A stretch of DNA of 64,000 nucleotides from Magnetospirillaceae bacterium. Its GTDB lineage: Bacteria; Pseudomonadota; Alphaproteobacteria; Rhodospirillales; Magnetospirillaceae. The DNA is taken from assembly GCA_036490215.1 (NCBI GenBank), contig DASXEH010000036.1, positions 133,208 through 197,207 of the forward strand, written 5' to 3'. Below are positions 36,314-44,719 of this stretch, one piece after another. Below the pieces are notes generated by a model, which did not search any database, was not told the DNA's origin, and saw only the letters and a list, made by a program, of their open reading frames with translations. Position numbers and translations under genes: made by a program. Numbering within the stretch: position 1 is the stretch's first letter; each line of letters opens with the position of its first letter.

Positions 36314-36550
36314 CTAAACCCGTACCCGTCCGCGCAGCAGCAGATACAACGCGCCGATCGCGATCAAGCCGACCAAGGTTCCGGCCGGCAGACTTTGCAG
36401 GAAACTTGTCGCGTTCGACGCGATCGAGGTGACGACGATCCCTCCATCCTTGCCAAGAAGAATGCTTAACAGGACGGCGAGGAAGACCAGGATCAACCCG
36501 GCTTCGACCGCAGCCCAACCGATACGACGTATCTTCTCGAACATGACCAC
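36314..36550 (-). CDS. small hypothetical membrane protein (2 predicted TM helices), paralogue of the upstream gene
   Basis: 78 aa. An amphipathic N-terminus followed by two hydrophobic stretches. Same architecture and weak sequence similarity to ORF 36603-36836. Confidence 0.55.
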   Translation of the reverse strand: MVMFEKIRRIGWAAVEAGLILVFLAVLLSILLGKDGGIVVTSIASNATSFLQSLPAGTLVGLIAIGALYLLLRGRVRV

Positions 36551-36602
36551 CCCGGTTCAGGCTTTGGGGAGGGGCTGCCCCCTCCCCATCACCGATACCC
36601 CC

Positions 36603-36836
36603 TTAACTCAGGGCACGTTTACTGAAGAGCCAGAGGACGATGCCAAGGGTGATCAAACCGGCCAATCCGGCCTGACCCAGGTCCTTGATCAGGGCGACTA
36701 TGTTATCGACGACTCCCCCGAAGAACGGGAGATTGCCGCCGACCAACAGCGCGGCGACGATCGCCAACGCCAAGAGCATCAGACCAACTTCGGTCAGTGA
36801 ACCGATCCAGGCTTTTACTCTCGTTAAAACGTCCAT
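36603..36836 (-). CDS. small hypothetical membrane protein (2 predicted TM helices)
   Basis: 77 aa. Strong SD (ggaggtaaaagaATG on the minus strand). Two hydrophobic helices separated by a Gly-rich loop. Confidence 0.6.
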   Translation of the reverse strand: MDVLTRVKAWIGSLTEVGLMLLALAIVAALLVGGNLPFFGGVVDNIVALIKDLGQAGLAGLITLGIVLWLFSKRALS

Positions 36837-36891
36837 TCTTTTACCTCCGTTTGCCTCCCATATACGGTAGCCCCCGCTACCATTTTGTTAC

Positions 36892-36921
36892 AAAATACCA
36901 CCTATAGACGCAACTTGTCAA
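36892..36921 (-). promoter_or_regulatory. candidate sigma70-type promoter for the small-membrane-protein pair
   Basis: Minus strand reads TTGACA-N18-TATTTT in an AT-rich gap. A short hairpin (ggtagc-gggg-gctacc) follows before the SD. Confidence 0.3.
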
Positions 36922-37022
36922 AACACACCTCCGAACCCCAACAATTAGGGGGTTAAAAAGTGGGCAATTTGGGAGGCTGGGAATACCCGGATATACGTGC
37001 GGCGCTAGGCTTTATGGGGCGT

Positions 37023-37817
37023 CTAGTAGTGGCGCCGCATCTGCAATTCGGTGCGCTCTAAGACCGGACGCAGCACCTCGGCAAGCACCCTTCCCCATTT
37101 GCGCGTACCGGGGCCATCGCTGATCAGATCCTGCCGGATCTCGAAGGTGATATGCGGGCGGCCATGGACCGCGGCATGGGTATCGATCGTGTAGGCCGGA
37201 CCGTGCCCGGAATAGGGTTCGTTGTCGCCGACTTGCAGGCCCTTGGCCCGCAGCGCAGTCATCACCAATGGCGCTAGGCGCGGATCGCGATTCCACAAAA
37301 TGCCCACGGACCAAGGCCGCGGCGCGCCGTCGTTCAGGACGGGTGTGAAACTGTGAATCGAGATGACGGCCGCGACCGGATGGATGCGTTCCAACCGCGT
37401 GAGATGCTTATCGATGGCGCGATGATACGGATGCAACCACGCCTGGGCGCGATGCTCCCTCTCTACCGCCGTGAGCATCGCATTCCCCGGGACGATAGTT
37501 TCGTCGCTGACGGCCGGTATCGAGGTCGGATCGTCAGTCGACCGGTTGCAGTCGATGACCAAGCGTGAAAACCCTGAAAGGACTGCTGTGGCCCGCAACT
37601 CATCGGCCAGCCGCCGCGTTACCTCCGCAGCGCCGATATCCCACCCGATGTGACGTTCGATCTCAGCCCGGGGCAGGCCTAAATCGCGAAGCCCGTAGGG
37701 AATCCGTGGGCTAGCATGGTCGCAAACCAGCAGAAGTGGCGCTGACGCCCGCGGATGAATGACGGAAAAGGCTTGTGGATCAGCATGATCGGGATCATGG
37801 ACAGCATCGTTGTGCAT
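37023..37817 (-). CDS. N-formylglutamate amidohydrolase family protein
   Basis: 264 aa. LLLVCDHASPRIP...HIGWDIGA...LVIDCNR...ISIHSFTP motifs are typical of the FGase family. Confidence 0.85.
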   Translation of the reverse strand: MHNDAVHDPDHADPQAFSVIHPRASAPLLLVCDHASPRIPYGLRDLGLPRAEIERHIGWDIGAAEVTRRLADELRATAVLSGFSRLVIDCNRSTDDPTSIPAVSDETIVPGNAMLTAVEREHRAQAWLHPYHRAIDKHLTRLERIHPVAAVISIHSFTPVLNDGAPRPWSVGILWNRDPRLAPLVMTALRAKGLQVGDNEPYSGHGPAYTIDTHAAVHGRPHITFEIRQDLISDGPGTRKWGRVLAEVLRPVLERTELQMRRHY

Positions 37818-37889
37818 CGGGTGATGCTACATTAGGATCGGCGCCCGCACCACCCGGGCATATACGTTAAAATCGTTAGTGAACGCACG

Positions 37890-39092
37890 ATGGCCGATCA
37901 GAACGCACGATTCCTTGCACATTTGAAACGCCTCGGCGAATCGCCGAACGGGTGCCTGGCCGTGCATTTCCATACGTCCGAACTGCCCGCAGCCAAGAAA
38001 TCGCGCGACAATCTGTCCGCAGCGATCCGGCAATTCGCGGCGATGAAGAGCCGGTACAAGGACACCGAGCTCTTCCTGCTGCGCAACCTCGACATCATCG
38101 TCACGACCAAAGACATCCCGCGCCACAACCTGGCGATGGAATGCGTGAACGTGCAGGAAGTGTTCCTGGGCAAGATGGGCGTCAGCTTCACCAACACCTA
38201 TGGCGCCCTGGGCGAGTTCTACACGCTCTTCGATCTCGGCAACCGCGCCGATTACAACAAGCTTCTCAACTGGGCGGAAGCCGCCGCGGGTGTCGCGGCA
38301 GCCGGGGCTCCGACAGGTGGCGCGCCGCCCGGCGCTCCAATTGAAATAAAAAAAGAAGCCGATTCGACAATTCTTGCGCGAATCAAGGAAGGCCTGCAGC
38401 GAACCGACATCTCGCCGATGTTGCTGGCGCAAGCCGCCTACCATCTCGGCGATTCCGACAAAGTCGCCGTGATGTTCCGCGAAAACTACATCGCGGTGAA
38501 GGTGCTCGAGAACACCTTCTGCCCCGGCTACACGCTGACATCCAACCGCTGGTTGTTCAACGACCTGACCGGCGATCTCGATGCCGCCGTGCTTCGCCTG
38601 TTGTCGAACGCAGAAGAGCGCACCACCCGGCGCAAGTTCAGCATCAACCTGAACTTGTCCACGGTCGCCTCAGAACGCTTCGCCAAATTCGACAATGAGC
38701 TCACACCCGAACAGCGGCAGAACGTGATCATCGAGGTCAACAAGACCGACATGTTCGAAAGCCCGAGGCTGTGGATCAAACACGTCCCCGCCCTGCGCGA
38801 CAAAGGCTACAAGGTGCTGCTCGACTCGCTTCACTATGAAGCCGTCGAGTTCATCGACTTCAACGCGATCTCCTGCGATTACGCCAAGATGTTCTGGTCG
38901 GGCGACATCATGAAGATGAATGCCGATCGCTTCGCCAAGCTGCAGGACCGTGTCGGGCGGCGGAGCATGCCGCAATTCGTGTTGGCGCGTTGCGACACGG
39001 CCGAAGGCCTGCGCTTCGCCCGCGCCGCCGGCATCCATATCGTTCAGGGCCGCCTGATCGACAACATGGTCAAGAAGAACATTCCGATTTGA
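37890..39092 (+). CDS. hypothetical protein with a degenerate EAL-like C-terminal domain
   Basis: 400 aa. An unknown N-terminal domain of about 130 aa, an Ala/Gly/Pro linker, then an EAL-like block order: FSINLNLS, IIEVNKTD (for EITE), LRDKGYKVLLDSLHYE (for DDFGTG), CDYAKMF (for DYLKID), LARCDTAEG (for AEGVET), IVQGRLI (for QGY). Confidence 0.6.
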   Translation: MADQNARFLAHLKRLGESPNGCLAVHFHTSELPAAKKSRDNLSAAIRQFAAMKSRYKDTELFLLRNLDIIVTTKDIPRHNLAMECVNVQEVFLGKMGVSFTNTYGALGEFYTLFDLGNRADYNKLLNWAEAAAGVAAAGAPTGGAPPGAPIEIKKEADSTILARIKEGLQRTDISPMLLAQAAYHLGDSDKVAVMFRENYIAVKVLENTFCPGYTLTSNRWLFNDLTGDLDAAVLRLLSNAEERTTRRKFSINLNLSTVASERFAKFDNELTPEQRQNVIIEVNKTDMFESPRLWIKHVPALRDKGYKVLLDSLHYEAVEFIDFNAISCDYAKMFWSGDIMKMNADRFAKLQDRVGRRSMPQFVLARCDTAEGLRFARAAGIHIVQGRLIDNMVKKNIPI

Positions 39093-39154
39093 GGATCGCT
39101 TTTGCGCCCGCCACCTCGAAAGCGCGCAGCGGCCGACGCCGCCCGAATACAAAT

Positions 39155-39297
39155 CGTCATTCCGGACCAGTGAGCAGGGCGAGCGCCGATCCGGAATCCA
39201 GGAGACATTCGCGCGAAGCGCGTTCCATAGCGACTCATGCGCTCGCTATCGCTCGCCGGCTGGCCCCCGGATAGCGCTACGCGTTTCCGGGGTGACG
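39155..39297. repeat. family-B palindromic element (copy B2, about 143 bp)
   Basis: CGTCATTCCGGACC...CCGATCCGGAATCCAGGAGA...GCGCGAAGCGC...GCTCGCTATCGCTCGCCGGCTGG...GGGGTGACG. Homologous to 13601-13732. Confidence 0.85.
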
Positions 39298-39397
39298 AGA
39301 CAAAAAGCGAAATCCGTCACCTTTCCGTAACCGGTTGTTGTTGTCCGCGAAGTCGCCGCTATAATCGATCCTCGCGGCAGGCAACACGGGGGAGAGC

Positions 39398-40957
39398 GTG
39401 GCCAACGCGCCGAGTGGAAACACGCCTAGATTGGCCCTTCGCGGCATCACCAAGCAGTTTCCTGGCTGCCTCGCCAATGATTCCGTCGACCTGACTCTCG
39501 CGCCGGGCGAGGTTCATGCGCTTTTGGGCGAGAACGGCGCCGGCAAAAGCACGCTGGTCAAGATCATCTATGGCGTACAGCACGCCGATGCGGGCACCAT
39601 CGAGTGGGAAGGCCAGCCGGTTCATATCGGCAACCCGGCCCAGGCACGCCGTCTCGGCGTCGGCATGGTGTTCCAGCACTTCTCGCTCTTCGAGTCGCTG
39701 ACGGTCGCCGAGAACATCGCGCTGGGTCTCGACAATCCAGGTCCGATGAAGGACCTGACCAAACGCATCGTCGACGTCTCGCAGCGCTATGGGCTGGCGC
39801 TGGAACCGACGCGCCATGTGCACACGCTCTCGGTCGGCGAACGTCAGCGCGTCGAGATCGTGCGCTGCCTGCTGGGCGAGCCGCGCCTGCTGATCATGGA
39901 CGAGCCGACTTCGGTGCTGACGCCGCAAGAGGTCGAACGCCTGTTCGAGACCCTGCGCCGCCTGTCGAGCGAAGGCAAAACGATCCTCTATATCAGCCAC
40001 AAGCTCGAAGAGATTCGCGTGCTCTGCGACAACGCCACGGTGCTGCGCGGCGGCAAGGTGGTCGGCAAATGCGATCCGAAGATGACCAGCGCGCGCGCCA
40101 TGGCCGAGATGATGATCGGCACCGAGCTTTCGTCGCCGCAGCGCCTCGGCCCTGCCGTCGAAGGCGCGCCGATGCTGGAACTGGTGCGCCTCTCCACCAC
40201 GTCGATCGATCCTTTCGCCACCAATGTCAAAGCCGCCAATCTGACGGTGCGCGCGGGCGAGATCGTCGGCATCGCCGGCGTGGCGGGTAACGGTCAGGCG
40301 GAACTGCTGGCGGCACTTTCGGGCGAAGATATTCTGCCCGATCCGAATATGGTGAAGATCGAAGGCAAACCGGTGGGTCATGTCGGGCCGCGCGAGCGCC
40401 GCATGATGGGCATGTCCTTCGTGCCCGAGGAACGACTGGGCCGCGGCACCGTGCCCGAGATGACGCTGGCCGATAACGCCCTGCTCTCCGGTTACATGGT
40501 CGGCGAGTTCGCGATGCTGAGCAGCGGCATGGTGCGATCCGATCGCGCGCAAGACTACGCCGCCAAGGTGATCAAGACTTTCAACGTGGCAGCGCGCGGC
40601 CATCACAGCCTGGCGCGCAGCCTGTCGGGCGGCAATCTTCAGAAGTTCATCATCGGCCGCGAGATGATGTTCAAGCCGCGCCTGTTGGTTGTCGCGCAGC
40701 CAACCTGGGGCGTCGACGCCGGTGCAGCCGCGTCGATCCATCAAGCGATCATTGACATGGCGCGCGCCGGAACCGCCGTGCTGGTGGTGTCGCAGGATCT
40801 CGACGAACTGTTCGAACTCTGCGACCGCATGGCGGTGATCTATCACGGGCGGTTGTCGGATACTCAGGAAGCCAAAGGCACCTCGGTCGAAGCGATCGGC
40901 CTTTTGATGGGCGGCGTGTTCGGCCAACAGGACGAGGACACCAATGCTGCGTCTTGA
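39398..40957 (+). CDS. ABC transporter ATP-binding protein, tandem-ATPase type (sugar/nucleoside family)
   Basis: 519 aa, GTG start after gggggagag. First Walker A GENGAGKST. Second degenerate P-loop GVAGNGQAEL. Signature LSVGERQRV / LSGGNLQKF. Confidence 0.92.
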   Translation: MANAPSGNTPRLALRGITKQFPGCLANDSVDLTLAPGEVHALLGENGAGKSTLVKIIYGVQHADAGTIEWEGQPVHIGNPAQARRLGVGMVFQHFSLFESLTVAENIALGLDNPGPMKDLTKRIVDVSQRYGLALEPTRHVHTLSVGERQRVEIVRCLLGEPRLLIMDEPTSVLTPQEVERLFETLRRLSSEGKTILYISHKLEEIRVLCDNATVLRGGKVVGKCDPKMTSARAMAEMMIGTELSSPQRLGPAVEGAPMLELVRLSTTSIDPFATNVKAANLTVRAGEIVGIAGVAGNGQAELLAALSGEDILPDPNMVKIEGKPVGHVGPRERRMMGMSFVPEERLGRGTVPEMTLADNALLSGYMVGEFAMLSSGMVRSDRAQDYAAKVIKTFNVAARGHHSLARSLSGGNLQKFIIGREMMFKPRLLVVAQPTWGVDAGAAASIHQAIIDMARAGTAVLVVSQDLDELFELCDRMAVIYHGRLSDTQEAKGTSVEAIGLLMGGVFGQQDEDTNAAS

Positions 40958-42014
40958 AGCGCGCCCACAGCCTTCGCGCACAATGGTTCTGGCCACGCCG
41001 GTTCTGGCGGTGGTGCTGACCCTGATCGCCGGCGTGATCATGTTCGCGATCCTGGGCGCTGATCCGCTCGAAGCGCTCTACGCCTTCTTCATCGCGCCGA
41101 TCGACAACCTCTACGGCCTTGGCGAGCTGGGCGTGAAGGCAACGCCGCTGGTGCTGTGCGCCGTCGGCCTCTCGATCGGCTTCCGCGCCAACGTTTGGAA
41201 CATCGGCGCCGAAGGCCAGCTGGTGATGGGCGCGATCTTCGGCGGCTGGATCGGCCTCTTCCATAATGGCGGCGGCGGGATCTGGGTTCTGCCGCTGATG
41301 TTCATCGCTTCGGCGATCGGCGGCGCGTTCTGGGGCGCGATCCCGGCCTTCCTCAAGACGCGCTTCAACGCCAACGAAATCCTGACCAGCCTGATGCTGA
41401 CCTATGTCGCTCAGTTGTTCCTGAACTATCTCGTGCGCGGCCCGTGGCGCAACCCGCAGGGCTTCAACTTCCCGCAATCGAAAAGCTTCGACGATTTCGC
41501 CGCCATCGCGCCGATGTTCGACGGCACACGCTTGGGTTTCGGCTTCATCGTCGCACTGGTCGCAGCCTTCGCCGGATGGTTGTTGATGTCGCGGTCCTTC
41601 CTCGGCTTCCAGATCAAAGTGGCGGGGCTTGCGCCGGCGGCGGCCGGCTATGCCGGCTTCAGCGCCAAGCGCCTGACTTGGGCAGCGATGTTGATCTCGG
41701 GTGGACTGGCCGGCATGGCAGGGCTCAACGAGGTGGCGGGCCCGATCGGTCAGGTCGTCGCCGTGGTCTCGCCCGGCTATGGCTTCACCGCGATCATCGT
41801 CGCCTTCCTCGGCCGGCTGCACCCGATCGGCATCATCATCGCGGCGCTGCTGATCGCGCTTTCCTATATCGGCGGCGACGCGGCGCAGATGTCGATGAAC
41901 CTGCCCGTCGCCGTGTCCAGCGTGTTCCAGGGCATGCTGCTGTTCTTCCTGCTCGGCTGCGAAGTGCTGATCCGCTATCGCATCCGCCCCCGACTACGCG
42001 CAGCTACGGGCTGA
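40944..42014 (+). CDS. ABC transporter permease
   Basis: 356 aa, polytopic. Overlaps the ATPase gene by 14 nt. Confidence 0.9.
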   Translation: MLRLEARPQPSRTMVLATPVLAVVLTLIAGVIMFAILGADPLEALYAFFIAPIDNLYGLGELGVKATPLVLCAVGLSIGFRANVWNIGAEGQLVMGAIFGGWIGLFHNGGGGIWVLPLMFIASAIGGAFWGAIPAFLKTRFNANEILTSLMLTYVAQLFLNYLVRGPWRNPQGFNFPQSKSFDDFAAIAPMFDGTRLGFGFIVALVAAFAGWLLMSRSFLGFQIKVAGLAPAAAGYAGFSAKRLTWAAMLISGGLAGMAGLNEVAGPIGQVVAVVSPGYGFTAIIVAFLGRLHPIGIIIAALLIALSYIGGDAAQMSMNLPVAVSSVFQGMLLFFLLGCEVLIRYRIRPRLRAATG

Positions 42015-42017
42015 CCC

Positions 42018-42941
42018 ATGCACCACGATACCGTCACCGCCATTCTGCTTTCGACCGTGCTCGCTTCGACGCCGATGCTGTTCGCCGCCTTGGGCGAGTT
42101 GGTGACCGAGAAGTCCGGTGTGCTCAATCTCGGCGTCGAAGGCATGATGCTGATCGGCGCCGTGATCGGCTTCGTGGTCACCGCCGCAACCGGCAGTGCG
42201 ATCCTCGGCGTCATACTCGCGGCCGTTGCCGGTGCGCTCGCCAGTGGCATCTTCGGCGTGCTCACGTTGCTGCTGCTCGCCAATCAGGTGGCCTGCGGCT
42301 TGGCACTCACCATCTTCGGTATCGGGCTGTCCGCGTTGATCGGCAAGCCGTTCATCGGCAAGCCCCTGTCCGCTTTGCCGCAGCTCCATATTTCCGGCCT
42401 TTCCGATATCCCAGTCATCGGCCCGCTGATCTTCGGCCAGGACGCGCTGGTCTATATCTCGATCCTCATGGCAATCGCGGTTCACTTGTTCCTGAACCGC
42501 ACCCGCCAGGGCTTGATCGTGCGCGCCGTGGGCGAGAGCCACGATGCGGCGCATGCGCTGGGGTATCCGGTGGTCGGCATCCGCTTCCTGGCCGTGATGT
42601 TCGGCGGCGCGATGAGCGGCATTGGCGGCAGCTATCTGTCGCTCGCCTATACGCCGCTTTGGTCGGAAGGGATGACCGCCGGCCGCGGCTGGATCGCTTT
42701 GGCTTGCGTCACGTTCTCAACGTGGCGCTCGGCGCGCGTGGTGCTGGGCGCTTACCTGTTCGGCTTCTTCACCATCGCGCAGTTGCACGCCCAGGCGCTT
42801 AACGTGCCGATCCCGCCGGAATTCCTGTCGATGGCGCCGTACCTCGCAACGGTGCTGGTGCTGGTGATCATTTCGCGCGATGCGACACGAATTCGCATGC
42901 ATGCGCCGGCCAGCCTGGGCCGCGTTTTCCACGGTGGATAA
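42018..42941 (+). CDS. ABC transporter permease
   Basis: 307 aa, polytopic. Starts 4 nt after the previous stop. Confidence 0.9.
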   Translation: MHHDTVTAILLSTVLASTPMLFAALGELVTEKSGVLNLGVEGMMLIGAVIGFVVTAATGSAILGVILAAVAGALASGIFGVLTLLLLANQVACGLALTIFGIGLSALIGKPFIGKPLSALPQLHISGLSDIPVIGPLIFGQDALVYISILMAIAVHLFLNRTRQGLIVRAVGESHDAAHALGYPVVGIRFLAVMFGGAMSGIGGSYLSLAYTPLWSEGMTAGRGWIALACVTFSTWRSARVVLGAYLFGFFTIAQLHAQALNVPIPPEFLSMAPYLATVLVLVIISRDATRIRMHAPASLGRVFHGG

Positions 42942-43028
42942 GTGCCTAAAAACATTCTGCTGCGGCGCAATACCAACCTGTTATAGTTCCGTCACATTAA
43001 GTGTTTCTCACAGGGGAGAGTCACGATC

Positions 43029-44117
43029 ATGAAACTGTTGAAAAGGGCGATTGCGGCGACCGCAGTCGTTGCCTTGGGTGCTGCCGGCATTGCTGCCATG
43101 GGGGGCGTTTCCAAGGCGGCCGAGGAATTCAAGGCGGCGTGGATCTATGTCGGTCCGGTCACCGATGGCGGCTGGAGCGAAGGCCACTATCAGGGCCAGC
43201 TGGCGGTCGAGAAAGAACTGCACATCAAGACGATGAAGGTCGAGAACGTGCCGGAAGCGGCCGACTCCGAGCGCGTGATGACGCAGCTCGTGCAGCAGGG
43301 CGCCAACATCGTCTTCGCGACCTCCTTCGGCTACATGGAGCCGATGTTGAAAGTCGCCAAGGCGTTCCCGAAGGTGAAGTTCGAGCACGCCACCGGATAC
43401 AAGACCGCGCCGAATATGTCGGTCTACAACATCCGCTTCTACGAGAGCCGCACCGTGCAGGGCACGCTCGCGGGCATGCTGACGAAGTCGGGTGTCATCG
43501 GCTACATCGCCTCCGTGCCGATTCCGGAAGTGATCATGGGCATCGATGCCTTCACGCTGGCCCTGCGCAAGGTAAAGCCGGATGCCAAGGTGAAGGTGAT
43601 CTGGGTGATGGATTGGTTCAACCCGGGTAAGGAAGCCGATGCGGCGAAGGCTCTGATGGATCAGGGCGCCGACGTCATCGCTCAGCACACCGACAGCCCG
43701 GCGCCCGTTCAGGCCGCCGAAGCCCGCGGCGTGTATTCCTTTGGTGAGGCGTCGGACATGTCGAAGTTCGGCCCGACTCACTGCGTGACCTCGGAAGTCG
43801 ATAACTGGACTGTGTTCTACGTGGAACGCACCAAGGCCGCGATGAACGGCACGTGGAAGAGCCAGTCGACCTGGTGGGGCCTCGACAAGAACGCGCTGAT
43901 CATCCCTGACGTGAACAAAAACCTGCCGGCCGACGTTCAGGCCGCCGGGGCGAAGGTCCGCGAGGAAGTCCGCAGCGGCAAGCGCCTGCCCTTCGCCGGT
44001 CCGATCAAGGACCAGTCGGGCAAGGAAATCATCCCCGCGGGCAAGTCCTTGGATGATGGCCAGATCGCGACGATCAACTACTACGTCGAAGGCGTTGAAG
44101 GCGAAATTCCGAAGTAA
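43029..44117 (+). CDS. BMP-family (Med/PnrA-like) ABC transporter substrate-binding protein
   Basis: 362 aa. Signal peptide, then FKAAWIYVGPVTDGGWSEGH...ATSFGY...DSPAPVQAAE, typical of the basic membrane protein/purine-nucleoside-binding family. Confidence 0.9.
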   Translation: MKLLKRAIAATAVVALGAAGIAAMGGVSKAAEEFKAAWIYVGPVTDGGWSEGHYQGQLAVEKELHIKTMKVENVPEAADSERVMTQLVQQGANIVFATSFGYMEPMLKVAKAFPKVKFEHATGYKTAPNMSVYNIRFYESRTVQGTLAGMLTKSGVIGYIASVPIPEVIMGIDAFTLALRKVKPDAKVKVIWVMDWFNPGKEADAAKALMDQGADVIAQHTDSPAPVQAAEARGVYSFGEASDMSKFGPTHCVTSEVDNWTVFYVERTKAAMNGTWKSQSTWWGLDKNALIIPDVNKNLPADVQAAGAKVREEVRSGKRLPFAGPIKDQSGKEIIPAGKSLDDGQIATINYYVEGVEGEIPK

Positions 44118-44143
44118 GCCTTACAACGAAGACGCTAAAACAG

Positions 44144-44176
44144 GGGCTCCGGTCGCAAGGCCGGAGCCCTTTGTTT
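44144..44176 (+). terminator. rho-independent terminator after the BMP-family gene
   Basis: gggctccgg-tcgcaagg-ccggagccc followed by tttgttt. Confidence 0.65.
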
Positions 44177-44208
44177 ATGAGCACACACGATCTAAGCTGA
44201 GAGCCGCG

Positions 44209-44703
44209 ATGCCTGCCCTGCCCGCCTTCACCGCCGACCAGCACCAGACCCATCTGCGCCACGCGATCGAGCTGGCGCGCCGCTCACGCGCCAATGGCAA
44301 TCATCCGTTCGCCGCGACCTTGGTCGGCCCCGATGGCGCGCTTCTAATGGAGCAGGAAAACGGCGCGGACACCGGCGACCGCACCGCCCATGCCGAGCGC
44401 GCGCTGATGTCGCGCGCGTCGAAAGCCTACAGCGCCGATTTCCTGGCTGGCTGCACCATGTATGCGAGCGCCGAGCCCTGCGCGATGTGCGCCGGCGCAT
44501 CCTATTGGGCCGGGATCGGCCGCGTGGTCTACGGGCTTTCAGAGAAAGATCTGAAAGCACTGATCGGCCCGCACCCGGAAAATCTCACGATGGATTTGCC
44601 GTCGCGCATCGTTTTCGAGGCCGGCCAGCGGCCGATCGAAGTGATCGGCCCGCTGCTCCAAACCGAGTCGCGCGCCGTGCATGATGGATTTTGGACTCTT
44701 TGA
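44209..44703 (+). CDS. CDA-fold nucleoside/guanine deaminase
   Basis: 164 aa from ATG 44209 (in frame within track ORF 44053-44703). Zinc motifs HAE (TAHAERALM) and PCxxC (EPCAMCAGA). Confidence 0.85.
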   Translation: MPALPAFTADQHQTHLRHAIELARRSRANGNHPFAATLVGPDGALLMEQENGADTGDRTAHAERALMSRASKAYSADFLAGCTMYASAEPCAMCAGASYWAGIGRVVYGLSEKDLKALIGPHPENLTMDLPSRIVFEAGQRPIEVIGPLLQTESRAVHDGFWTL

Positions 44704-44719
44704 CGTTAGCGAGGATGCC

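Noticed and set aside
39359-41822. Minus-strand ORFs of 560 aa and 357 aa.
   Set aside because: They are antisense to the ABC ATPase and permease genes, which have clear Walker motifs and TM segments.
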